DNA of 64,000 bases from Utricularia gibba (lineage: Eukaryota; Plantae; Magnoliophyta): assembly GCA_002189035.1 (NCBI GenBank), contig NEEC01000010.1:2790001-2854000 (forward strand), in the 5' to 3' direction. How positions within the stretch are numbered: position 1 is the stretch's first letter; the number at the start of each line of letters is the position of its first letter. The translations under genes were made by a program, and so were the position numbers. The notes under the pieces are model-generated. The model worked only from the letters and a program-made list of their open reading frames with translations, did not search any database and had not been told where the DNA came from. Shown here piece by piece: positions 27,366 to 40,085 of this stretch.

Positions 27366-28914
27366 GTTAATATTTATATTTTAATAAATATGATTCATAA
27401 AACAGAAAATAAACATATATTAAAAATAATAAAATAATAAAAAACATACGTAATAATCATAAATAAATAATTTGATTACCAATGATTATAGTTGAATAAT
27501 GTAAAAATCTTCATAAATATTATTAATAGTGAAAATGATTATTTGTAATAAAAAATATTTTTTCTATATTTTGGATTTGAAATGCTTTAATTTAGTAATA
27601 CTTCATACAAAAATTTCATGTATATTATACATATGTGTTATATTTTTAGTTATATATATGTGAATAGAATAAAATTGTAAAAAATTCACACACTAAACAC
27701 GTAATAGCTAAAATAATTGTGAAGGTAGTGTACCAGTTGGGGGAGTTAATTGGCTGTATAGCTGTACGTATTTTGCAAACCTTGATGTTAAGCCTGGTTC
27801 GGTTTGCAAATGAATATTTCACTTGCATATTAATAGTAATATTAACATTAGTATTTTTAATGAAATTTCATATATTAATATTAATTTCATATGTATATAC
27901 AATAGATAATAAATAAATTATTTTTAAAATTAAAGATTATATGTACTTTCATATAGTATAATTATATAAAAAAATTATTATAACATCCTACAATACATAT
28001 ATTTCTTATAATTTTTCTTTAAAATACTTATATTTTAAAATATTTTTAATTTGTAAACTACACGTATGATTTTTTACAAATTCTTTGCAAAATATTTTGC
28101 AAATGGATTTGTGAAATTACATGGATAAACCCAAGGGGCACCAGTTGGGGGCTGGGATGCGAGACGACTTGTTCAAAATGGAGAGACTGGAAACCCCAGA
28201 CTGCATGAGGTGTTTCAGACCTCCAAATAGTCCTATTGATCCAGGGTGATTTAAAAAAGTGACCACCCTATGTGTAAAATTTTTGCCTCAGTGCGTGAGA
28301 GAGAAAGTGACAGTGGCCATTGATCCATTGCCTACCACCAGCACGGGTCCTTTAGTTTTCTACCCACTGCAATTTAATGGTATTTGAAAAGTACCCACTA
28401 TGTGTTACTATGTTAAAAAAGTACCCATCTTCTAAAAATTATTTTTTATTTTATACTATTTTATTCATTTTTTATTAAATAAAGATGCAGTCCCACTAGA
28501 TCACCGCGCATGGTCAAGCGATTGTGCGGCGGGAATGGCACTTCATGCGTGCCAGTCCATCACCCGCCCGCACATGGCACGAGCGTCTTGTGCGAGGCGC
28601 AACCCGCACACGCTACCCTGACGCCGCTCCCTTGCATGCGAGGGCCGGCGTGCGTGCATCGTGCGCGACTTGATGCAAGGTCGGGACGTGCAGGCGTCCT
28701 GCATGAGTAGCCACCCGTGCATGCTACCCCAATGCCGCTTGTGCACATGCCCACATCGCCGCGTATCCCACATGACCAATGTACGCTGGAGCAGGGTGTG
28801 CGCCTCCATGCAGCGAGGATGACGCCTCGTCGCGCGCAAGCACTTCACCCACTTTCCCGCTTATTTAATATAATCAATATATATGTAATACAAAAATAAA
28901 TAAATTTAACTATA

Positions 28915-29960
28915 TAATAATAACTTTTTATCATATAATAATAAAAATTTATTATGATGAAATAAATAACTGAATTATTTGATTATCATGTGATGTATTT
29001 GTCACTTGTATGTTATTATGGTTGGTCTTCATAATTCTTTATATAATTTAAGTAAAATCTATGATCACTCAACAAATGAGTACATAAAAATTAAAATTAA
29101 TACATTTACATAAGTTGATTGTATATACAATCATTATATATATAACTAATATAATTTCTGATGAAATAGATTTTAACATCATATTTTTTTATAAATATGT
29201 TTAAAGATATAATAATAACTTTTCGTTATTTAGTAATAAATTTAAATTATATTGAAATAAATTTATTTAAATGAATTATTTGATTCGCATGTGATGTGTT
29301 TGCCACTTCACATAATAAATGAATTATGGTTGGCCTTGATAATTGTTTATATAATTTAAGTAAAATTTATGGCCACTTAACGAATAAGTACATAATAATT
29401 AAAATTAATACATTTGCATAACTTGATTGTATATATACTCAATATATATGTAACTAAATATCATTTTTGATGAAATAGATTTTAACATCATTTTTCCTAT
29501 AAATATATTTAAAGATGTAATAATAACTTTTTGTTATTTAGTAATAAATTTGTATTATATTGAAATAAATTTATTTAAATGAATTCTTTGATTAGCATGT
29601 GATGTGTTTGCCACTTCACATAATAAATGAATTATGGTTGGTCTTCATAATTGTTTATATAATTTAAGTAAAATCTATAGCCACTTAACGAATTAGTACA
29701 TAAAAATTAAAATTAATACATTTACATAAGTTGATTGTATATATAATCATTATATATATAACTAATATAATTTCTAATGAAATAGATTTTAACATCAATT
29801 TTCCTATAAATATATTTAAAGATATAATAATAACACTTTATCATTTAGTAATAAATTTATATTATGTTGAAATAAATTTATTCAAATGAATTGTTTAATT
29901 ATTATGTGATGTGTTTGTCACTTACATCTACATGTTATTATGGTTGGACTCCATAATTAT
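28915..29960. repeat. AT-rich tandem repeat inside the MULE, ~300-bp period, ~3.4 copies
   Basis: Unit starts ATAATAATAAC at ~28915, 29211, 29519, 29825; shared CATGTGATGT.TTTG.CACTT and TTATGGTTGG blocks. Confidence 0.85.
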
Positions 29961-30095
29961 TTATTTTGCATGGGCAATCATTAGGTCCACAATCATTAAT
30001 TTTAGAGCTTATAAATAGCCACACTCTCATTCGAGAGGTTATGCACAATCTTTGAATCTTTCTTGATATCTCTTCATTTGTTCTTGCAAATCTCA

Positions 30096-32819
30096 ATGAG
30101 GAAGCTGGTGCGTGTGAGGATTTTTGCTGAAGGCAATATCATCAACTATGGAGATTTTACAACTTATGATACGCCACCGATAGAATTTACGGATTTTGAT
30201 ATAAATATTGAAATGAAGGATCTCATCAATCAATTGTTTGCATTTTGTGGAATCAACTCCAACGAATATACGCTTAATCTATCTGCCCATTACTATGATC
30301 AGGAAAGTAATACAACGCGATACATGCCTATTTATTCACAGATGGAACTTTCTTATATTTTTCATCCAAGTTATATTACTTTACCGGTGAATTTGTATGT
30401 TAGTTCCAGAAAATCTGTCACTCCCTCCTATTTAGGAGATCCCTCAACATATTTTAACAACTTTCCAAGTAGTTATATTAATGTTGAAGATAATGATGTT
30501 TCAGCAGCTTCAAGGGAAAGTGAAGAAGGTATGTTGCATAATTAATTTTATTAACTTTAGCATTTTATGATATATTATAATTTTAATGTATGATATGTAT
30601 TATGAATCTAATTCACATCTCATATATTAGAAGAGTATGCAAATTATGATTTTGGAGTGGCTCCAAATCCTGATGGTGATGCTTATTGGGATTATGACAA
30701 TGGACACCAAGTTCTAGGAGCAGAACTCCCACCTGAAACCAATGAGTCTGATGATGAAAATGATACAAATGATGAAAATATTATTGAACTCGAGGAAGAG
30801 GAATATGAATCTCCATTTACTATTGGTCAGCTATTTGCAGATAAAGAAGACTTTCATAATGCTGTGCGAAATCACATGATCAAAATTGGCAAGGAATATA
30901 TTGTGCATGATAGCGAGCCAAGAGTTCTAGATCTTCGTTACCCCATGTTTGGAGAACAACAGTGTAGATGGAGAATTCGTGCAGCACATTATAAAAAAAT
31001 CAATAGATGGAAGGTGAATAAACTGACTGAGCCTCATATTTGTCGGCGCCTTGGAGGAAGGTTTTTTAATCACAAGAATATCAATGTAACGTATATTGCA
31101 GAAAAGACCAAGCCGTATGTTCAAGCTGATATTGGGACAAAAGTATCTACAATTGTTACTAAAATCATACAGGAAACTGGTTATACTATACCATATCACA
31201 GAGCTTGGTTTGGAAGGCAAAGAGCATTTCAATTGCTCTATGGTTCTTGGGAGGAGTTAGTTCCGAAACTCCCTTCTTTTTTGCAGGAAGTAATGCTTCA
31301 AAATCAAGGAACAGTAATTGACTATAAACATCGGCAAGATGGCGAAACATTACATTATGTATTTTGGGCATTTGGACCGTGTATACGTGCATACCAGCAT
31401 ACACTCCCTGTTATCTCCGTCGATGCAACACATTTGTATTCCTCTTACAAGCATAAACTACTTATTGCAGTGACACTTACACCACTTCGGAAGATGTTGC
31501 CTCTTGCCTTTGCTGTTGTAGATGAGGAGACAGATGAATCTTGGCATTGGTTTTTACAACACATTGGTACTTATATTATATTGGATAAGCCAACATGTCT
31601 AATATCTGATTGATGTGGTTCAATAAGAAAGGGAGCACGACTTGTGTCTGCGTTTAGTGAAGAGCATGGAGGATGTCATTGATATTGCATTTGACATCTT
31701 CGAGCAAATCTTATGGATAAATTTAAAACTCCCGGAGTCAGAGATTGGTTCAACAAAGCGGCACATTCAAGTTACATTGATAAATTTGAAGAATACATGA
31801 ATAACATTAAACATCTTAATGTTAGGGCATGGGAATACCTGCATGCAATTCCTGCGCAAAAATGGACTTTGTCTTATGATGGTGGCAAGAGATATGGTAC
31901 TATGACAACCAATCAAGTAGAAGGAATAAACTGTGTGCTTTTGGGTGCACGACATCTTCCATTAACACCATTAGCTCAGGTATTATATTAACATCATTTT
32001 AAATAAAATATTTTAATCTAATATGTGTATACCTCCCGTAGGCAACATTCACACGGTGCAAAAAATATATGTATGAAGGTTTGGAAGAGGTTCTTAATAT
32101 GGAGCGTCAAAACAAAGTATTCAGCAAAGAAGCTGAACTCCTACTAAAGCGATGGGATAGACCAATCCCATATACAAATGTTGAGGTTTATGATCGTCGA
32201 CATAAGGTGGTTCGAGTCACAACTATTCGGAAGAATGGCTTGGAGAATGTGTGTTTCGTTAAAATCAAAGATCAAACTTGCACTTGTACCAAATGGCAAA
32301 ATTATGGTATACCGTGCTCTCATGCACAACAAGTAATTTCTCAAACCACAACTTGCTTTATATTTTTAAATACAATATTAATTATATACAAATTGTTTTG
32401 CATGAATAGGCTTGCAAGCTTCTTGGGATCGATCCACTAACATTAGTCAATCCAATCCACCTTCTACGCATCTATTGAATGCATATTGAAATCAATTTCA
32501 GCCACTCAGAACTGAGAAACATTGGCCCTCACCACTAGTGGTTCTTCGTGTTGATCCTGAACGTGCTAGACATGTTCGTCGTGGACGCCATCGTAGTACA
32601 CGCTTTCCAATGAACATGGATAGAGGAAGACATAGACATGTGAAAACGGGATATATGCATGTGGATGAAGACACAACTCCAAGTCATTCACAACCACATA
32701 GATCATCTGTGGATGTGCCATATGGACACAACTTCGAGCCGATTCCTCAACCGCCACGTGCCTCTATACAAGAACGTCCACAAAACCTGAACTTCGACCC
32801 ACCAGGACCATCGAATTAA
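30096..32819 (+). pseudogene. MuDR/MULE transposase with premature stops
   Basis: MuDR domain (GQLFADKEDF..AV; C.WRIRA), DDE motifs SVDATH, LISD, TTNQVEGIN; SWIM finger CTCTKWQNYGIPCSH; TGA at 31611, 31680, 31692. Confidence 0.9.
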
Positions 32820-33344
32820 CAACGACGTAAGAAAAATGCATTTCAAAGAATGTTTAATTTTTTTTCATAAAATGATGTAAACGCTGCAATTTATTATATA
32901 TGTTGGTTATATTGATCATATTTAATTATGTTATATTGAAATTTTTTTTGTATATTTAGCTTTATTTATAATAAATATGTTGTTAAATCTATTTCATAAG
33001 AAACTATATTTAATTACATATATATATATATATATATATTGATTATACATATAGTCAATTTTAAAAAGTGCATGTGTAGTTATATGATTTATAATGAAAT
33101 CAATATTACATATTTATTTATTTACATTTTTTATAAATATAATAGCTATTTTTGTTATAAAAAATACAATATCATATAATATGAATAAAAAACATGAATA
33201 CTTAACAAATTAATAAATCAAAAAAGAGCTAGTGTGATCACAATTCCAGAATTAGATATTTGACTAATAGATTTTTTAAAAGATTTATTTTATTAAAAAA
33301 ATTTGGTAATGAATAATGATATATATTTTATGATTACTAACTAG

Positions 33345-33487
33345 TAGGATGTTTGGGCGAAACTAAGTGGATGTCCGAACCGACTAATGTTGAAGAATTA
33401 GCGAATGAGTCGTGGTTGGGGGTGAAATGCCATTCAAACCTAGAACTAGCTGGTTCTCCCCAAAATGCGTTGGGTGCAGTAGTTTGA
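33345..33487 (+). other. rrn23 (fragment): Nuclear plastid DNA (NUPT): fragment of chloroplast 23S rRNA gene
   Basis: GAAACTAAGTGGA.GTCCGAACCGACT.ATGTTGAAGAAT.AGCG.ATGAG...TGGTT.GGGGTGAAATGCC....AACC.AGA.CTAGCTGGTTCTCCCC.AAATGCGTTG matches plastid 23S as recalled; differences are mostly C>T/G>A. Confidence 0.85.
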
Positions 33488-34437
33488 TTAAAGTGAAAAA
33501 TTAGTTATATTTTTAATGTTTTATAATTCTTTTTATATTTAATTATCATATATTTAGCATAAATTAATAATTTTCACATAATTTATCAAATTTACATAAT
33601 AAAATAAATAGAAAATAAAATTAAAACTCATGTCCGGTATCCGAGTAGATAAAATGAATATATAGGATTTTTGTTTAATAGAAATTGAGTAAAATAGAGT
33701 AGAATAAAAAATAATTTTTAGAAGATGGGTACTTTTTTAACATAGTAGCACATAGTGGGTACTTTTCAAATACCATTAAGTTACAGTGGGTAGAAAAGTA
33801 AAAAACTCCCACCAGCACCGACATTGAATGCTCTAGTGACAGTTCGACCGGGAGATGGATGCCTTGACCCCATCGTTATCCTTTTACCAGCATGCATTCT
33901 GAGATTAGCAGAGCCGCAGCTGGAGAAGTTAAAACAAAAAACAATCATTCACCAATTTGAGCCGGCCACCAATGTAAGAGGGGTGGTAGCCCATTAGGAT
34001 ATTGTGGCCCAAACAGGATATTCTGTTTCGCTTTATTTCTTGAAAAATTCATTGAAAAAATATTGTGAAAAATAAAGATAAATTTTTAAAAAATTAGTAT
34101 TTTTAATTACATTTTTTATAAATATTATTAAATTATATTTAATAGTAATATATTAGTATATATATAAGTATATTATAATTGAAAATGTTAATTATATATA
34201 AAATTTTAAGGTATAGATATAATTAACTTTATCTCATTTAGTCATATAAAACTGATATACATATATTAATTAATTTATTTATAATTTATACGTAAACTTA
34301 ATTATAAATTTTCTATACTATGATATCAAATATAATTTTGAAAAATTGCGATTCAAGGCTCGTAAACGGAGGAGATGAGAAATCTCAATGGAATGGCATA
34401 TTCCTTGCAGGGGCCGAAGGATGATGCCTCAACCCAC

Positions 34438-34850
34438 AGGATCGGAAAACGGGGACAAAGATTCCCGCAAGCAGTGACTGCAGCAGCAACGTCTCCAGGT
34501 AAAGCTTTCCGCCAGGGTTTTTATACCGACGGCTGACTCAGCCGCTTGCCTTTCCCAAAACTCGAGTAAACTATTTGACTGTATTTGATAGAAATTATAA
34601 ATTGAAATAATTAAATAGAACAAAAAACAATATATTTGGTACATAGGATAAATTATATTATTTATAAATATGAAATAAAATAATTCAAAAGTATAGAATA
34701 TAATAAAATTTTACTATCATATACATCATCTTTATATATTTTCTTATCTTTAATATAATTTTTATATATACCAAACATAATCGTTAGGTAGACAAATGAC
34801 CTTGGCGTACTTGGAAAGCTATTTTTTAATCATTAAATATAATAAAACTA
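34438..34850 (-). promoter_or_regulatory. Duplicated copy of the ADNT1 upstream region (21762-21960), including TATA box, interrupted by a ~210-bp AT-rich insertion
   Basis: Shared blocks ACAAAGATTCCCGCAAGCAGTGACTG, GGCTGACTCAGCC and CGTTAGGTAGACAAATGA.CTTGGCGTACTTGGAAAGCTATTTTTT; minus-strand TATAAAA at 21845-21851 and 34519-34525. Confidence 0.8.
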
Positions 34851-35216
34851 AACTATGTCCATTTCATTTCGACTGGAAATTCCAACTTTATATATTACAT
34901 TTAGATAAAAAAAATTTATACATAATGATCATTTAGTCATATAATCTATCAAACACAAAATATTATAAATATTTATTTATATTTAGATACAATGTTATAA
35001 AACACATATCCAATATAAATAACAAATATCTGTTTATCTAAACAATAATAATTTTAGTGAACAATAAATTAAACAATCGTATCAAACTAGACCTAAAGTT
35101 ATAATTAAATATATCTCATTATTTATTTTTTTAAAAAAAAACTTATTGAACACTTAACAAATGGCTTATTCATTTAAAAGGATGCCAAATGGTGAACCCT
35201 CATCAGTGATGTTCCA

Positions 35217-38200
35217 TCAGCCAATACATTTACGGTACATGGCAAGAGCCCAGATAGGGAACACATTCCGATAGAGTGGGTAGTGCAGAATGCAGTTTCT
35301 CATGAAGGCTCCAGAAAGTTCCTGAAACTTCCATTCTCAGTTACTGGATCAAGAGTGCAGTAAACGTTGATTTAGTTACCTGCTGGGGGAAATCTCCATC
35401 CTCCAACTGGGCGTTGATCAGAAGCCTTGCTGCACGGTTGAGTGGGGTGATGTCTCTCTGTGCCTGGAATAAATAATACTTTTTTTAATTTAATATAACA
35501 ACAAATGGACTGTTGGGTTGGGCTGATGATTGACCTGGCCCGAATGCATGAGGCCCAACATGGCCCATGATGTTTGGACCAAGTTTGAGCGATTTCCTTC
35601 CAGTGCCACGTACTCCTGTTATTTAATAATTTTAATTCATTAATCGTTTGAATATATTATTTATTTATTTATTTTCCAGAACTTACCTTCTTTGGGCAAG
35701 AAAGGTAGGATTCTCCCCAGCCGCCGTCGTCCCTCTGGGTGCTTAAGAGAAAATTAACTCCTCGACGGATGGCGGAGCAATTCTGATATGTATTGCCGGC
35801 GGCAGATAGTCCGGAGAGTGCGAACCATGCGCCGTAGGTGAAGCAAACTGCCCAACTCCCGTACCTTGCAAAACAATATGCCATCGATTATGGTGATTGG
35901 AATCGTAAGTGTCGAAGTTCTTTTACCATGAGCCATCGGGTCTTTGAATGATCTTGATGTATTCAACGGCTTTCTTGATGGATATCCCGATTTCTTTATT
36001 AAGGTGGTGGGGGTGCAGTTTCTTGAACAGAACTAGGGCCTGGATTGATGCAGCTGTGCATTCCACGCACTCGTGTTCCACAACGATATCTTCGTAAAAC
36101 TCCGAAGGATTCAGCAACTGCAAAATGTGTTCTTTTTTTTTTTCGGATGAAGTTTAATCGGCTTGGAATGTGGATGTACGAACCTACCTCAAGCCACTTT
36201 GATGCCCCTGCTGGCTCCCAAACCGGAACGCCGCCATTTTTGCTCTGCAGTTATCAACCGTGAGATGGGACAAAATCGAATGGATTATGCCCAAAGCGTG
36301 TTTGTTAAAAGTCTCACTTGCAAATACATGATCATATTGACAGCATCGTGGAGTTTCACGTCTTCTAGCTTGTCTCCAACGATTTCCGGTGACATCATGG
36401 AGAAGAGAAGGCAACACTGAGAAAGAGAAGATCAAATAGATGTCTTTTCCATCAAGAATCAAGATACCAATGGATTGCAAGTGTACCTTCAAACCCTCTG
36501 CGGTGCAATCGGAGACTCCCCATCCCTGATCTTGATCAGAAAATGTCCATGATCCTCTAGAAATATGCCGGTACATACTCCGGAAATCACCTGAAGGATT
36601 ATCCTTTACCTGCATGTGAGTAGCTATTGATATATCTGTTGATTTGCAGCGTGACTAGAACATTTGTAATGAAGTAGCAACCTGAGATTTCTTTATGAAC
36701 TCATGACCCCTCTTTAAGGTCTCTCCTATCTCACCAGTGAGATCACATTCCAATAATGCTTGTATGGCAAAAGATGCATCCCACAGTTGACTGCCAAAAG
36801 TCTGTTTATGAACACAAGATCAGTTATCTCAGTTCTAGATCATGGATTGTGAGCATCTTTGTTTATAATAACTGAATAAATCATCGCACTGGTACATTAC
36901 CTGCATCTTCATGCCATCCTCCGCTACCCACATGTAATCGGGGATGCGGGCGAGGTGTTTCTTCACGTACTCCCCCTGAGGATCCTCAACCCAACAAGCC
37001 ATCAAGCAAAGTGCCTTCTCTATGCAGCCTATGGTAATGTATCTACTGTTTTCATCTTCATAATGAACGTGTTTCATGGTAACTTGCAGAGCTTTGTCCC
37101 TCAACTTATTGAAAGGCCAGCGAGAAAGTAGAGGCTCTGCAATTACATAGCAAGCATCCCAAATGAAGTCCTGTACAAATCCATGCGCATAATACAGATC
37201 CTCCTGCCATAGCATACAGGTTTTCAGATCTTGCTCCTTCCTCTTCATTAAGTATAACTCATTATCAATGACTAACCTTTGCGCATACTTTTCGCAGGCT
37301 TCTCCAATCAATCTTTTCGTAAGGCTCATCATATAACTCTTGTCTGAGTTCTAAGATCAGAGGAGTGATTGGAGCTACAAATCTCTTGCCATACAAGTAG
37401 GACATCGGCATGTAAACCGTACGACAATAACACATCATTTTGGCTGTCATTTGAAATAAGATATATGATGTCAACCTGCATCATGAAAAAGGAAAACAGA
37501 CAGAAGAGGACCTGGATGCATTGGGAGATATGAAGGGAACAACCAGAATTCAGGTGGCATCGGGTTAGTACCGGACCAATCATACAACCCGATTATCTGA
37601 AAATAGGAACAATTATGTGCATGTTTCACTAGTCTCAATCTCTGAAAGTCTAGAGTTGAGAGAGAGTACCGATAGATAAGTCTTGCCCCAAGAAGGAATG
37701 GCCTTAACCGTTCCGTGGTCCATGATCCACTTCCTAGCTTTGACACAAGCGCTATTCTTGTTGTCTACGCCCAGAATCCTCATGCAAAGGTAACTTAGTG
37801 CAGTGCAGAACATCATGCTGTGACCTGCTACATGGAACCCCCATCCTCCATCTTCATTCTGTCATCAATTCTCAAGTATGTTTTTACTTTTTTTTCGCGT
37901 TTGCTCCAATTTTCATCTCATTTTAGTTGTTGCCCAAAATATTACTTAGTTTACCTGGTGGCAGTACAGATAACGAAGAATCTCTCTGCAGTGTTGGGGT
38001 GAGAAAACTGTGTTGAGGCATCCCATCATGTTCAAGGCCATCACCTGCATGGCTTAAGTGGCAAGGTTGAAAAAACTGGAACTCTTTATTTCTTAAACAG
38101 GCAAAGGCGAATGCTTTACCAGTGGCGGTAGAAAGTAGAGTGGACCGGCGTTTTCCGCGGGCCAGTGGCCGTCGCTGGCTTGCAACGCCGCCAAAAAATG

Positions 38201-38575
38201 AACCCCACGTCGGAGAGCGGCGGTGGCTTTCTCATGACTCACATCTTCATCGTCACCCACCCTCACTTGCTGTATCCTTTGCCGAAACTTTCTCTCATGC
38301 AAAGACTGCACAGTTCAGCATGCTATATAAGTTGGCAATGATCACCTGTTCAGAAAATTTTCCAACGCAATTACCTGCATCCGCCATAGGAGATCACTGT
38401 TGGCCTTCACACGGTGGCGATTCTCCCAAAAGTTACTTCTTGCCTTCTCCACTGCTTCCCGGAGCTCCGGTGTGCCGTAGTCCTCATCGAAAATCCACGT
38501 CTGTCTTCCTACAAAGTTGTTAGTTGTGTAGAGGTAAGGATTATTGTCTCCCTGAGCAACTTTGAGTCTCCACAT
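35217..38575 (-). CDS. Oxidosqualene cyclase OSC2, apparently intact
   Basis: Same exon structure as OSC1; [44 protein letters not shown]; stop 35217-35219. Confidence 0.94.
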
Positions 38576-39544
38576 GACTGACCACTTCTATGCTGCAAAG
38601 GAAGTATGATGTCAATGATAGCATGACTGACCACTTCGTCATTTGCAGGCTAGAGAGGAAGGGGAAGTAGTAGAGAATGGCAAACCTGACTGCCTTGGAG
38701 TTGACACAGGTGACTCTGAGGAGAAATCCCCTGCTTATCTAGTTCCATACTGCAAGAGTAGCTCTGCCTTCATCTTTTATGGTGAGGTAGGAGCTCTACA
38801 TTTACTGCATGCACGGAGAAGGGCACGCATGCAGGCAATTTTTCTAAAAATCTAAGAATCGAACAGGAGGGCTGGAGGGCCACGCATTGCAGACAGCTAG
38901 GTTGTTGTCCTTTTCAAGGTATGCAACGACGATCTTGTAACAATAAATGATCGAACATTTACACCCCGTGACCATCTTCCATTCCTTAGACTCTGAGACT
39001 TTTTAAATCCTTAGGTTTTCCATCACACTCCCTGGACTTTGGTCGGATTGTCCAAGAAGCCTCAGAATCAAGAAGCCCGCCCCCGGTTCCAATCAGATAC
39101 CGAGGCTCGATCCCAAAAAATGCACGCTGATCAAGATGCTGTACAACCTTCCTCCAAAGCATACGGTTTTCTGCCAAATCGCCCCAATCATCTGCTATTT
39201 GCATTTTACCCTACTAATAGAGTTTCTTTGCGTTTTACCTTACTAAAGACAAGATGAAAGTAGGGTAAAACACAAGTAAAATTTTAAAAGTAGGATATTT
39301 ACCCTATTTCCTCGATCTTCTTCTATATGAATCCTATGTGAGAATTGTTAACTGGGGGACAGAGCCAGACGACTTGTTCAAAATGGAGGGGCGGCTGGAA
39401 ACCCCAGACTGCATGCAGTGCATCAGACCTCCAGATGTTGATCCTATCACAACTACCCACACCGACATTGAATGCTCTACTGACAGTTCCACTGTGGGAT
39501 GAATGCCTGGCTCAGTCGACCTTGTACGGGTGTCAGACGGCTGC

Positions 39545-40085
39545 GATTTGCATTTTAGCTCTGCATTTTACCTTACTAACATTTATTTACTGTTTGCTTT
39601 TATTAAAAATAAATAAAATAACTTTATAATTTTATCAAATGGTGTATTAATTTTCCTTTTTTGAGAGGATTACAAAATATAATTATCAAAATAATAAAAT
39701 AAGATACATTATTTTTGACGAATTTTTTTAAATATTATATTAATGATAAAAAAACAAAATAGATTTCATGAAAAATATCAAACAATACAAATGTAAATTA
39801 AAATATTTTATTTATCAAAAAGTAAAAATATATTTTAATACTTTTTCATATTATTACATAATGATTGAAATAAACAAATTACTTATCAGAAAATATAATT
39901 AAAACAATACAAATGTATAATATATATATTATATAATATTGATTCTGTATGAATAAATTGTGTTGTTGAAAATTTTGGTAAAAGAAATGCATAATGCAAA
40001 ATAAATATGATACAAAAAAAATTATTTACTTTTGCATTTTAATTAAAATTTTTGTTCAATAGTAAGGTAAAATGCAAACCAAACA
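39545..40085. mobile_element. Probable MITE (AT-rich, GCATTTTACCTTACTA inverted termini), with related remnant at 39198-39315
   Basis: GCATTTTACCTTACTA at ~39564 vs TAGTAAGGTAAAATGC at ~40059; ~55-bp direct repeat at 39260-39315 and 40120-40170; absent from the paralogous region near 33860. No TSD identified. Confidence 0.5.

Larger units (their letters stand above)
28345..33809 (+). mobile_element. Mutator-like element (MULE), full length, inactivated
   Basis: ~140-bp TIRs at 28345-28485 and 33670-33809; 9-bp TSD CACCAGCAC (28336-28344, 33810-33818); internal transposase remnant; paralogous empty site near 39455-39470. Confidence 0.93.

Noticed and set aside
26620-28110. Larger TIR element enclosing the hAT MITE
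   Set aside because: Only patchy inverted similarity at the ends and no TSD found.
28510-28899. Short overlapping ORFs on both strands in the GC island
   Set aside because: Expected by chance in GC-rich DNA; no recognisable motifs.
28915-29960. CRISPR-like array or centromeric satellite
   Set aside because: Eukaryotic DNA, no spacers, only ~3 copies confined within a transposon.
33017-33040. (TA)n tracts here and at ~52797-52817, poly-A at ~40254-40273
   Set aside because: Ordinary microsatellites.
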